Source: Elsinoe ampelina (Eukaryota). From it: a stretch of 64,000 bases of DNA. A program made the position numbers and the translations under genes. Positions 13,042-24,729 of the stretch are shown one piece after another; the stretch's first letter is position 1; every line of letters starts with the position of its first letter. The notes below the pieces were generated by a model. That model saw only the letters and a program-made list of their open reading frames with translations, ran no database searches and had not been told where the DNA came from. The DNA lies in assembly GCA_010093995.1 (NCBI GenBank), contig ML992518.1, forward strand, positions 1-64,000, in the 5' to 3' direction.

Positions 13042-13210
13042 CTCGTCGGGAAAGCGAACGAGCTCGTTGTGGTTGTTGGATCCAAGGACGGTGTGGACAA
13101 CAAGCTCTGTGAAAATAGCGGACTCGTCGGGAAAGCGAATGAGCTCGTTGTGGTTGTCGCATCCAAGGACGGTGTGGACAACAAGCTCTGTGAAGATACC
13201 GGGCTCGTCG
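13042..13210. repeat. 81-bp in-frame tandem duplication (27 aa, S..SQSLLSTPSLD.TTTTSSFAFPT x2)
   Basis: ctcgtcgggaaagcgaa.gagctcgttgtggttg recurs at 13042 and 13123. Confidence 0.9.
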
Positions 13211-15339
13211 ATGTTGATTCTTCAGGGGTCTTTGCTGTTTTGGAGCCTTTCTTTGTAGCGGTGACTTTCTTGGTAGTCTTCCTTCCAGTGACTTTGCGAG
13301 ACTTGGTAGTCTTCTTTGGATCCTTGTCGACAAGCTTAGGGAATGCAACGACTTTGGAACATACTGAGGTGAGATCCTTGACGCCCAAACTGAAGAGGGG
13401 GCTAGATTTGTGGTTGGACCTTCTTTTGTGTGAGTCAGGCCATCAATAAGATCCGAATACTCACAGTCGAGTCCAATATTTGCAGAAGATGTATGGATGG
13501 TAGACTGCTTTGCGTAGTGCATTGAGACCCTTGACAGTGCTTGTGACCGTGGGCTGGTAGACCGTCCTCGTCTTCGTCGGACCGATCAGGGAGGGCTTCT
13601 TGTCAACACACTGACAAATCCGGCTGAGGGCTTGAGAAGAGATATCGGGGATTGGAGAGTACCAATCTCTCTTTTCAGAAGTCCACCATCTACAAAAGTC
13701 AACCGGAGCGCCGATGGTCTTTTTCAGAATTTTGATGGCGGGAGCGTCGGGACTGCAAGCCTTCCTCTTGCCCTTGGCGAATTCGACAGGCTGAACAGGA
13801 TCCGTGGGTACGGCCGTGCTTAGCTGGGCGAAAGCAAAGAGCAGCAAGACAAGATAGAGCAACCATGCTTGAGGCTGCTTCGAAAAAGGCATGTTGAGAT
13901 GGCAGCGAATCGCGGCTGCCACAGAGAGGTGAGGTCGACAGTGCTGGTCGAACAAATGTCAGACAGCGAAGCAGGATACAGTCCGAAGATATGTCCATAT
14001 TGTGCTTGCGGGCGATTGATGACTTGTTTCCGCACGGCTAGCAAGCCACCCTCTAGAATCATCAAGACGTTGATATGATGATAACAGCCACCGTCGAAGT
14101 AGTAGCTGTTGGATCCGAGAGGGGGCCATTTCGGAGTGCACGAGACATGGACTATGCTTACTCGTGAGGTCCCCAAGGGACGTCCGCATGATCCGATTGG
14201 AGACGGGGCATCTCAAGGTGCTGAATTGCGGCAGATACGGTGGACATGGTACCTTTGCCGAACGTTGAATCGAGGGCTGTTCCCGCCATACCGATTTCAG
14301 TAGTGAAATGATCGGCAAACCATGTCAAGGCGAGGACAAGGCTTCTCGCCTGTCAGCCAAGAATGCGGAGCCCTGGATACTCTCCGAACGCTGCCATCGA
14401 GATCAGGGACCTTACTGATACCATTGAGCTGCCGATCTGCACTTGATGATGGAGTGGCAACATCTCATCAGGCCGTATGACCATGACGGCGGCCACTGTC
14501 GGTCTTCACATCTCCGCTCTCTTGCTAGCATTGCCCATGATTGAATACTGACGGGTAACCTTGAAACCCAGCGACTTGTGCAAAATAACAGATTTCCACA
14601 GGAGTGTAGAAGGTGGAAAAGTCGATTCTCCAGTTGGGGTCGAGCGGGAAGGGCACGTGCACGGAAAAGCTTCCACGTGGCTCTCAAGGTTCTTCGTATT
14701 TTTACTCCCAACGCTGGCTTGCGTTTAATCGCTTCTTCGTGCGTCTATCGCTTCTTCGAATCTATACCACCTGTCTCGATTTCTCTCGCTCGAGAGTAAA
14801 GTCCCACGTTTGATGCATGTGCGACTGCTGGTTCCTGGTTGCCGTCACTCAACAGCCAGTCCATGACCGAGTCAGCTGACTGACATCTTCTGTTCAGCCA
14901 TCCACCGCCCTGACCAGTGCTTGTTATGGAGTGCCGGTCCTTGGGGGTTCGTCCGGGAGTCAGGGTCTAACGGCCAAAGTGACTGCGAGCGGCACAACGT
15001 TTCTCGTACCTCTTCACCAATCCAATGGGCAATTCTGGACCTCAGCCACATGGCTTAGATTGGACCTGAAGGTCAGCGTTATGGGATTTGCTACATGTCT
15101 TCCACTTTATCTCGGACTTTGGCACGCAAAGTTCCCTGAAATATAGCACGACTAACGTCCAGAACGGCGTGTGTACCAGAAGGTAAGATTGTAAACCAGC
15201 ATGCGATTGAGACATTGCCGAGAGCGCATGCCATCTCCCGATCTCTGAAATGTAGCCTCTTCTGCTGGTCAACACTCACACACACGCCTACAAGCTCACA
15301 CCTGTCGCCATCGACTTGCGAAGGTGGCACACCAGCAAC

Positions 15340-18300
15340 ATGTGGTCTACACTTGTTCATCTTTTGGTCCTCAGCCTGACCGCGCATACTGCTTCCGCCA
15401 CTGCATTTCTGGAGGCCAGGGACAATGCGGGTACGTCTCATGCTATGTATACAGCCTGCCCAGCCCTAACCTGACTTCCAGATTGCGATGCCGCGAATAT
15501 CAAGCTGCTAACATTCAAGAGGAAGCAGACTCTCGATTTCTGTCAGATCTGGCTCTCCGGGTCAGTGTCTTTCAAATGCTACGCCTGCGCTTGCTGATGA
15601 CCATGCAGAGACCAGGGCGTGTCCAAGGTGAAAGGCTTGACTTCTACCGAATTGACATCCGCTTGCGTGTGTCTTGAGCAGAGATCAGTCGCCATGAAAG
15701 CAGTCATCCACGCGGCAGCCAAACCTGCAAAAGCTGCGGCCCCTCCCAAGAAAGCAGCTACAGCGCCCGCGAAGACTGCCGCCAGGACTACAGCTAAGAC
15801 GACCGCCAAAACTACAGCAAAGACTTCTGCAAAGACATCGGCTACGACCGCCCGGAAGACTTCATCATCCTCTGTCAAAAGTTCAACCAGAACGTCTGCA
15901 TCTGGACGGACTTCGTCTACTAAAACTTCGTCTGGCAGCGTCCGGACTTCATCTGGAAGTGTCCGTACATCGTCCACAAAGCTTGTTTCCGCTTGTGTGA
16001 CGCTAAAGTCCGGATCCAAATCGTCAGTCTCGTGTAAGCCAATCGCCGCGTCGACATTGACCGCGCTTGGTCGGTCTTGTGTTACTATCACTGGCAGCAA
16101 TGAAAACTCATCATCAGTGTCTTGCGGCTCTGCCGGTCCAACCTCTTCCGCCATTTGCCGCACAGTCACTGTTAGTGGCAAAGCCACTCTGTCCTGTGCA
16201 TCTCAGCGGACCTCTTCATCAACAAAGATCGGGAGTGTCTGCGTCACCGTATCAACAAAAGGAAAATCAGCTTCGCTGTCATGCCGGCCTGCGACTACAA
16301 CGAAAGCTAGCATTTGCGTGACAGTGACGGGCATAGGCAAGTCTACCTCTCTGTCATGTAGACCCGCCTCGACCTCCAAAGCTGCCTGTGTGACAAGGAC
16401 GGTCAGTGGTAAGAGCGTGTCGGTCTCATGTGCGCCGACCGCCGCACCCAGCGATGACTCTACTGGTGGCACTGGAAACGATGGATCTGGTAGCGGAGGT
16501 GATGCGACACCCGATCCAGGAGCTGGAGATGGCTCGAGCCCAGGCGGCACCGACCCAGGCACCACACCTGATGCTGGAAGTAGCACCCCTGACAGTGGAG
16601 GCAGCACCCCTGACACTGGAGGCAGCACTCCCGACGCCGGAGGTAGCACTCCCGATGCAGGGGGCGATGGTGCAGCCGCGACTCCGACTCCAGATCAAGG
16701 TGATGGAGCTGCCACCACACCCTCGGCAGGCACCCCAGCGCAGACTACTGCCGACGACAGCACTCCTTCTACTCCCCCTGCTGATGGTCCTTCAGCCGCA
16801 GATCCTACAGCAGATTCAGGTCCCGTTGCTGCAGGTCCTACCACAACAAAGTCGCCCACGACCCGCTCTTCTCAAAGGACTTCGACGAGATCGACTACCA
16901 GATTTTCCTTGACTAGACCATCCTCGACCGTTCCCAGAGTGACTACGCAAGCCAACGCCCCCGATCCGACCGATACACCAGACCCGACTAGCGAAGCGGT
17001 CACATAAACTACTACAACCACGACGACAACCACCACAACCACAACTTCTCGTGGACCTTTTTGTACGAATGCTCCTGTCGCGACTTCCGACTTGTTTTAT
17101 CTGTACGCCTCGGGCTCTGGCACCAGCGCCGACCAGACGCCATTACAAGGCGTCCGTAATGGTGAGACTGCTGTCGGTTTCAATGTCGGCTACTCAGCGC
17201 TGAACTTTACCTACGACTGTACCACCGGATATCTGTACTGGGGTGATACTTCGGCGCTCTCTGGTAACAGTGGGGCATCCTTGGAAACAAATCAACAAAG
17301 AGCTATAGCTCCGCTCGATGATCCAAACTATACACCGCTGCAATGTCTGATGGATGCCAATTTGGGAGTAACGTGCCAATACACGACTGACAAAATTGTC
17401 ACAAACTTTGCTCAATGGCGTATCCGGAGGACAGCACGGTATCATCTTACCATGTCACAGAACACAACGTCGGCCATATTCACCCTGAGGGCCGTTCCAC
17501 TCACGTCCACTGGGCAGCTCAAGTATGCTGTCCATCCCGCCAACAGCGATCTCGTGGTCAATCCTAATTTTGACACTGGAAACATGTCGCCTTGGAGTCA
17601 GAACACTCAAGGTCGTGGGGATGTCACCTTCAACATGCGCAACATCGTAACTTTGTCAAACTCGTCTTGTTCTCCATTTGCCGGGTAAATCGTCATGCTG
17701 TGCTTCTTCTGGCGAAACGTACTAACAACAAATCCAGGACCTTGGCCATTAATTCGAACACGAATTTCATGAACGGCTATGCCTGGGGAGGTCTCGCGCA
17801 ACCTTCTGTCACAACCTATATGGGAGAACGGCATCTGCTCCAATACGACGTATACTTGAACTATCCTGCCGGTCTTCCAGTTGGAGTACGATGCGATGTT
17901 GAAGTCAAGGTTGGAGACGTGTGGACTGTCAGCTACGACCGGTATGACAATTCAAGTCAGTCTACAGTATCTTACAGCGGTACCTCGACCGCAGCTTGCA
18001 ACGGAACGGGCAAACTCGCCGTCACTTCGTATTGCTCCGGGAAGGGGGTCGGACCATGGCCTAACTTGAGTGTCGGCTTCAACAACGTACGACTTGTCGC
18101 TGCCTACGACAGGCCCACGTACGATAGCTCCGCAGCAGCTCAGGTTGCATGTCCCTATGTCAAAGCCAAGTCACTCATTGTGACGTCTTCCTATCAACCA
18201 TTTTGCTCAGATCTTCTGGAATATTCGTCAGCTCAAAGCACGATCACCTCCACCGAGACATTCCAGTCGACCGCAACATCTACGATCACCACGACGACCC

Positions 18301-19133
18301 TCATTGCTACGACTGTGAGGTATCGTAAAAGGAAGCGAGACGTTCCTCCTGTGCCGTGCGACCATGAGCACGGTCATGAGCTGGAAGATAATCATCCTGA
18401 GACGGTGGCCATCGCCGCAGCACCTGTGCAAATGGTAAAGACACAGGCTATTGTCGCTCCTACACCTGCCGCCAAATTGATGGCTCGAGGCGTGACCAGT
18501 ACGCCCACTCTTTTGGCGACCATGCCTGATCTGGATTTGATCTATGCTTGCAGCTCAATAGTGCCATCCCCGAATGGCACAATCTTGGTCACCACCACAA
18601 CGACTGCCACTCTACCAGCGACTACCAGTACCACTACGATCACTGTCACGACCACTACTACCATCAGTGTTGCCAGCAGCGCACCCTCTGGTATCATCGG
18701 ATACTTGCGTGCCGATCCGGTCATCAATACAAACTCACCTTACGTAATGTCCGATGCCGCCCACCATATGACTGACAACTATAACAAACAAGCCGAACGT
18801 GAGACCATGATCGTCACCACCAATAATCAACTCTACTCTGTAACGTACGATCGATACTATTACTACACGGCACCGGCTGGCGCGAGTCTCATTCTTTGGT
18901 CATCTGACACCTCGGTTTCGAGCAGGAATTGGGTCCAGGAGACGAGATCCGATGGCAAGACTCAAGTCCGAATGGGAGACGCTCGGACGCCAGGCGCATA
19001 TTACCAGCTCTGCATCTCAGAGGCAGTGAGGGGGAATCGGGGTACGACAGGTAATCATTTTTACTACTATTCCGCCGATGCAACACTGCCGAGCTATTGT
19101 AAGCTCACGACATTGGTGTTTGAGTCGGCTTAG
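15340..19133 (+). pseudogene. Large secreted Ser/Thr-rich protein (Cys/SP module, six Cys-bracketed repeats, TPDAGGS repeats, NPNF-type CBM-like region) interrupted by an in-frame TAA at 17005-17007
   Basis: Exons 15340-15430, 15482-15560, 15609-17684, 17738-19133 with GT..AG introns and CTAAC/CTGAT branch sites. Signal peptide MWSTLVHLLVLSLTAHTASA. ORFs 15619-17007 and 17092-17688 are in the same frame, separated only by one TAA inside a poly-Thr run. Confidence 0.7.
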
Positions 19134-19348
19134 AGAGAGGGATGAACGTGCTGGGAAATAAAATTACTCTGTTCACTTGCGTTTGTTGTCCAATGTACAT
19201 CACTGTGAGAGTCGTTCCTCCATCGACACCAAGCCATCATACCGGACCGGACCCAAGATGTTGATGTAGGATTATTTGAACGTAAGGGGACCGGACCTAG
19301 CTGGAAGCAAGAATGTATACGACGACACTACTAACCCACTACCGAGTT

Positions 19349-20012
19349 TTACACATACTTGGGCATGAGCCAAACGTCCGCACAACTGGACGGCCTCTCC
19401 GCCCCTTCATTAGCCTGCAGCCGAGCGAAGAGCTGCGGTGAGCTCTTGGCCCAATTACAAACGAGCCATCCGCGCGAATAAGCCCCAGTATCGCTTCCCC
19501 GCCAGAGCTGCAACCCATTGCCGTCGAACAGGAACGAGCCCTGGGCCAGTGACGTTGCGCTCGCATTGGCCCGCATCGGCGACCAGTCGCTGTAGCTGGA
19601 ATCCAGGGAGACGGTCACGTTGTACTCGAGTCTCCCGGTCTCGTTCGGGATCGCGACCATGACGTTCAAGGGTTGTCCCTTGTTGGCGGTCAAGCCTGGG
19701 CCCCTGGGGTCGAGTCTGAAGAACTGCTTCGGCACCTTGTATTTGGGCGCCACGACTTGGAGGTCGTAGCCGTCTGGCATCGTCATGTTAGCGACCGGCC
19801 TTGGTGGTGATATACACGGGAGTGCTTCGCTTACAAGTACCGCCTAGGCTGATGAACACTGGCATCTTGTTGAAGGCTTTGGCTGCTGCTCGTTGACCTG
19901 GCTTGACCTTGGTGACAAGCTGGAACTCTCGAGTGGTGTTTGTCGGTGCGGCTGTTGCCGGAGACATGGTGGCCAAAGCCAGGGTAAGGGCCGCAGGGAT
20001 GGAGAAGTGCAT
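19349..20012 (-). CDS. Small secreted protein (~200 aa), DUF7907-like
   Basis: Exons 20012-19835 and 19773-19349 (intron GTAAGC..GCTAAC..CAG), 603 nt. Signal peptide MHFSIPAALTLALATMSPATA. C-terminal GWLVCNW..PQLF..PSSCADVWL motif; family name from recall. Confidence 0.75.
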
Positions 20013-21599
20013 CTTGCTGTTTGGATTTGATTTGAGATGGTCGTGCTGGCCTTGGAGGTGGGATAGTCCTGTATTTATGCAAGTCCGCGAGCAGTGTTGT
20101 GCAAGTAAAGGCGGACATGCCAGTGTAGAATGCCTCGTAACGTGTATTTCATCGTGGAAGTCGTTGAAATCTTGCAACAGCCAGTAGTTGTGTTTCTGCG
20201 TGACCATGCCGAGCCTGCAACGGCCCAGAATGTTAACAATGCGGCTCAGGCAGTGGACTGATGTTCTGGTTTCCAATGTGGTGTTTCGTGACGAATCTCT
20301 GCTCTCGGAGCACCGAACAGTGGAAATGGCTATCCATTTTTTGACTCGGATGTCGTTCGGTCCACCAAGTTCGCAAAAGGAAGGCACTTCACGACCTGGT
20401 CATCGGAGTGTCGGACTCCCCGATTCGATATACAGGTTGACCTAGATCCAGACTGCGGCGTTACGGCGTGGTCGACTGTCCTGACCGGAATTTTCAGGCC
20501 ACTCATGGGGATCTAGTATACAACGGCATCGCAGCGGGGTTGTCCCGTTGTCATGGAAAGATGATTTCCGGGGCTCGGTTCAAATTAGTGCAAACTCGCT
20601 AGGTGTAAAAAGAGTGCGTTTCGTTTTCGGGATCAATACCCGAACGTCGTTACAGTCGTTTTGAGTTCAACCGAGCCACCCCGGGCTTGGCGGTACTCTT
20701 CACCGACTTCTGCTCACTAAAATTGGCTGGCTGGAAGTCTATAGAGAATACTATAGAGAATATCGATAAATTAAAGCTAAAAAAAGGTGTAATAGTCGCT
20801 ATACTACTCTAATTAGGTTATTACTATTATAGTTAATTATTAAATAGCTAAACTAAAGCTAGTAGATATATAGTTCTTACTTGCTAAAGAGTATACCGAT
20901 TGTGCTATTTATACTACTACTAAGGTAGCTAGAGCTATAATCCGCTAAATTCGACTATCCCTTAAGTTCTTTAGTACTCCTTATCCTCCTATTAAAGCTT
21001 ATATACTATGCCCTTATACTCTTACCTCTTTCTTAAAAGATATAAGTCCTTTATAGCTAAGCTCTTTCTATACTAACCTATCTAAGGAGGTAATAGCCTA
21101 CCTAAATAATATTTCTACTACTTATCTTAACGAAGTTTAAGCCTTCTTAAGGGAGGTATATAATTACTAGGTATACTTAAGTATAATCTAGTATATTATC
21201 TAGTACTAGTAGTAGTATTACTATACGGTTAACTAGAGCTTACGTAGCGTAAGGCTTAGCGTAGGATATATAACTTAAGATAGCTTTCTATAGCAATTAT
21301 TATATAACTATATCTTAATACACTTTTTATTACTAACTATTATAGTTAGGGTAGTTAGTAGGTAGTAGGTATTCTACTACGGGTAGGGTAGAGTATTATT
21401 TCTTAGTATAGTAGGTATAGGTTAGGTAGAGTATTCTTAGTAGTAAGTATAGTAGGGGTTAGGTAGTAGGTATTTCGCGTACCTAAATACCCTACCTACT
21501 ATAACCTACACCTATACGTAGGTAAGTATTACATAAGTAATAGAAGCTTCTCTTAATTCTCTAATATAAGACATTATATAGAATTTAAAATTAGAAAGG

Positions 21600-24450
21600 A
21601 TAGTAATAATTATAGTCTCTAATTATAGTATCTTATACACTTAGTTATTATATTTATAAATAGTTCTATCCTATGCTCTTATAGATAATCTTATACGCTT
21701 TACTAGAGGCTCGTTATTATTAATATTATTATTCTTCTCGTAATTACTTAGAACAAAGTTACTCTCTTAAGAAGGTAGCTTAAGTAGGTTATCTACCTCG
21801 TCTATAGTAGTATCTTTATAACTACTATTAATAGTATCTTTATAACTACTATTAATAGTATCTTAATAACTACTAGTAATAATATTACTACTTAATAAAG
21901 AGAGACTTATTATAAGCTTTATAATAACAAGCCACTAGATAGTTTATATAGTAAGCTAGTATCTTCTATTACTAATAATATTCTTTACTATATTAAAGAC
22001 ATATTTAACACCTACACTAGCTATTAGTATAGTAAGAATATTATAAGTAACTTTAGTAAGCTATAGAAACTTCTTCTTATTAGTCTTTTACTAATTAAGT
22101 AACTTAAATTTAGTCCCTAGTTAAATTCGAATAGGAGAGATACTAAGGTAATTCTTACTCTCTTAATATATAGTTTATTTCTTCTTCTCTCGTTCTAGAG
22201 ATATAGACCCTATACTAGATTAGAAGCTAAAGCTAGTCTACGGGGAGATAATCTATATAGGTACCCGAGGTTAATAGAACTAATTCTCTTTATTATTAGA
22301 CAAGATTATAGCGTTAAGGGTTTTAGGTTAACTTAATAGTAATTTACTATTATAATAACTAAGGTAGTTAAGGAACTACTCGCGATACTTCCCCTTATTA
22401 GTTTTAGCCTAGGTCTCGTCCTATATTACTATTAGCTTTACTATAATAATATATCTATAAGCTATAAACCTCGTAGAGAGTTAGCTTTTATAAAGAGTTA
22501 AGAATAGTGCTATAATTAAAGAGGTAACCTCTCTTATTATTAGTATAAGAATAGTACTTTAATAGTTTATCTCGACTATATTACACTACTCTTCTAACTA
22601 CTATAGGCTAACGCTCCTTATTATTCTTCTTCTCGCCTATAATACTATTCTTAATTATATTAAGAAAGTTAAATAGTTAATTGTATATTATCTAGATATA
22701 TAAGATCTATAGGCGGCTAATAGTACTTAGAGAGGTAGTTACTTCCTTAAAGTTCTTAAGTATTTTTGTAACTAGCTTAAGGTAATTCTATTCTATACTA
22801 TTAAGATAAAGACGCTTAAGATCCTTATAGTCTAGATTACTAGTATTATTACTAACTAAGTTAGATCTAGCACTAGTAGAGCCTTTTAGTGTAATTTCCT
22901 ACTTAAGCTATTTATTAATAAATAGCCTAAGCTTAAGACTATACTTATATATATTAAAGGTTAAGTTCTACTACGTCTTAATATCTTAAATAATAACCTT
23001 ACGCTCTTAAAGCGTTATAGTTTATTAGAGGTTAATAAATCTCTTAAACTATTAAGGTAATTAGTTAATAGTAATATAAGTTATATAAAGCTAGTAATTT
23101 ATTAGACTATAATTAGAAACTATAATTAGAAAGCTAACCTTCTAAAGCGAGTTTAGTACTAAGAGTTTAATAGAAATATCTTTTAAGTACTATCTTTTAA
23201 GCCTAGTAGCCTACTCTTCTTTCTTAGTAGTCTAAAGGTTAAGGTACTTAATAATGTCTTATATAACTAGGTTAATAATATATATAAGATATAGAATAGT
23301 ATTCTCTTATAAGTCCTATATAATACCTATCTATCTTAGAAGCTTATATATAGTCTTACGTAACGTATAATTATTACTTACATTATCTGTAGTAATTACT
23401 AGAAGCTAGTTCTAGAGATTATACTACTAGAGTACCTATATAAGCTTAGTAGCTATATTCTGCCCTATATATTAACTACGAAGTAGTACTATATCTAATA
23501 GTTATTTCTAGAGCTACTATTAGTCGTTAATGTAATAAGCTTTAATTATAATAAAGCCTAAGTAGTTATTAGTAGACTAGCTATTAAGTATAATTAAAAT
23601 CTTTATAGTCTTATTAAGATTCTATAATAAGCTTTTATAGAGAGTCTTAAATTCGTTAATAAAGAGTATAGCGAAATAACTACGGCTTAGTATAAGTACT
23701 TCTAGGTGTAAGAACTATATAAACTATTAAAATAATAGTCGCTTAATAGTATAGAAGGACTAATTATAGTTAATAACTGTTCGAATAAGCTCTAATTAGA
23801 AGCGAGTAACTAAATATAATAGAACGTTTTTCTAATTAATTACTAGATAAGCTCGAAGTTATATAAGTACTTAGACTACTAGTACTTCCTTATAGACTAG
23901 TCTTATTACTTTCCTATAAAAATTTAACTCTTTATATTTACTTATTATATTAGTACTGTTCTTTCCTAGCGTAAGGTAGGTAAGAGTATTACTATACTAT
24001 AGGTAGTAAATATATAGACGGCTGTCTAATACCTATATAGCTTCTCTAAAATATCCCTATACTTATCTATTCCTTAGTTTTAAGTTCTAGTATAGTATAT
24101 AGAACTTCTTAGAGTAACTATAGTAAGATACTTAAAGTGTTAAGTTCTACTATATTAAGAAGCTTTAGAGGTCTATTTGTTTATTAGGATATACTAAGGA
24201 ATTAAGCGTTAGACACTTTAGAAGATACTGTTATATAGGCTAACTACCCTTATTACGTTATTATATAGTAAAACAATAGTTAAGCAAATCTTAAAGGATA
24301 GGGATTACTATAACTAATAGAGTTAATAGAAGACATAGTTATAGATCGATTAGATCGTCGGAGTCTACTATAGTAGAGTAGAGGTTATATAGTATTATAG
24401 ATAGTATAGGTATTTATAATGTTACACTTATTTAGCTATATAATTTTAAA
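21600..24450 (-). pseudogene. RIP-degenerate hAT transposase (ends approximate)
   Basis: Minus-strand relics: ILNS*ST (DxW) ~23590; SNNYTL..ILYLIYIINLV (CxxH-LNL) ~23270-23375; T**NLT (TRWNS) ~22965; KYY..ILNSL*K ~22500-22560; dimerisation domain KFL*LTKVTYNILTILIASVGVKYVFN..NRRY*L ~21950-22075. Confidence 0.85.
21808..21879. repeat. 24-bp tandem repeat (~3 copies) in the 3' part of the transposase
   Basis: tagtatctttataactactattaa repeated. Confidence 0.8.
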
Positions 24451-24526
24451 TAATAGATTTGTTTTTAGACTATTAGAAAGTCTTCTCTACTATTACTTTA
24501 CGTAAGGCATTTTAAAACGCGCTAGT

Positions 24527-24729
24527 TAATTACGACTAGTAAGATAAGAGGTTAATTACGTTTATTTATTAAGATATTAAGACTTAGAAGAAGAAGAAGA
24601 AAGCTAGTATATAAAGTATACGTAATATCGAGAGCGGAGCAGCCGGAAGCCTAGGCTATAATACTAAGATTACGTAACTAATCTAAACTAGATTCTAACT
24701 AAATCTAGTTTATAATCTATCTTATATTA
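24527..24729 (-). repeat. 3' LTR of Gypsy C
   Basis: Matches 37902-38104. Confidence 0.9.

Larger units (their letters stand above)
8860..13892 (-). pseudogene. Large secreted multidomain protein (two Cys/SP modules, DUF7029/DUF7223-like region, Gly/Ser/Thr linker, three PAN/Apple-like domains); apparently frameshifted twice
   Basis: Signal peptide MPFSKQPQAWLLYLVLLLFAFAQLSTA. Intron ~13464-13423. Coding continues over three frames (13422-12078, 12103-~9170, ~9160-8860) with no intron signals at the switches. Three C-x-x-(D/T)Y..D(L/I)..C(I/V)..C..C..V..C-x-(L/P)K repeats at ~9870-10720. The DUF names are from recalled motif resemblance only. Confidence 0.65.

Noticed and set aside
14931..15146. 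ATG at 15081 as start of the large plus-strand gene
   Set aside because: It stops after 21 codons. ATG 15340 gives a signal peptide and in-frame splicing.
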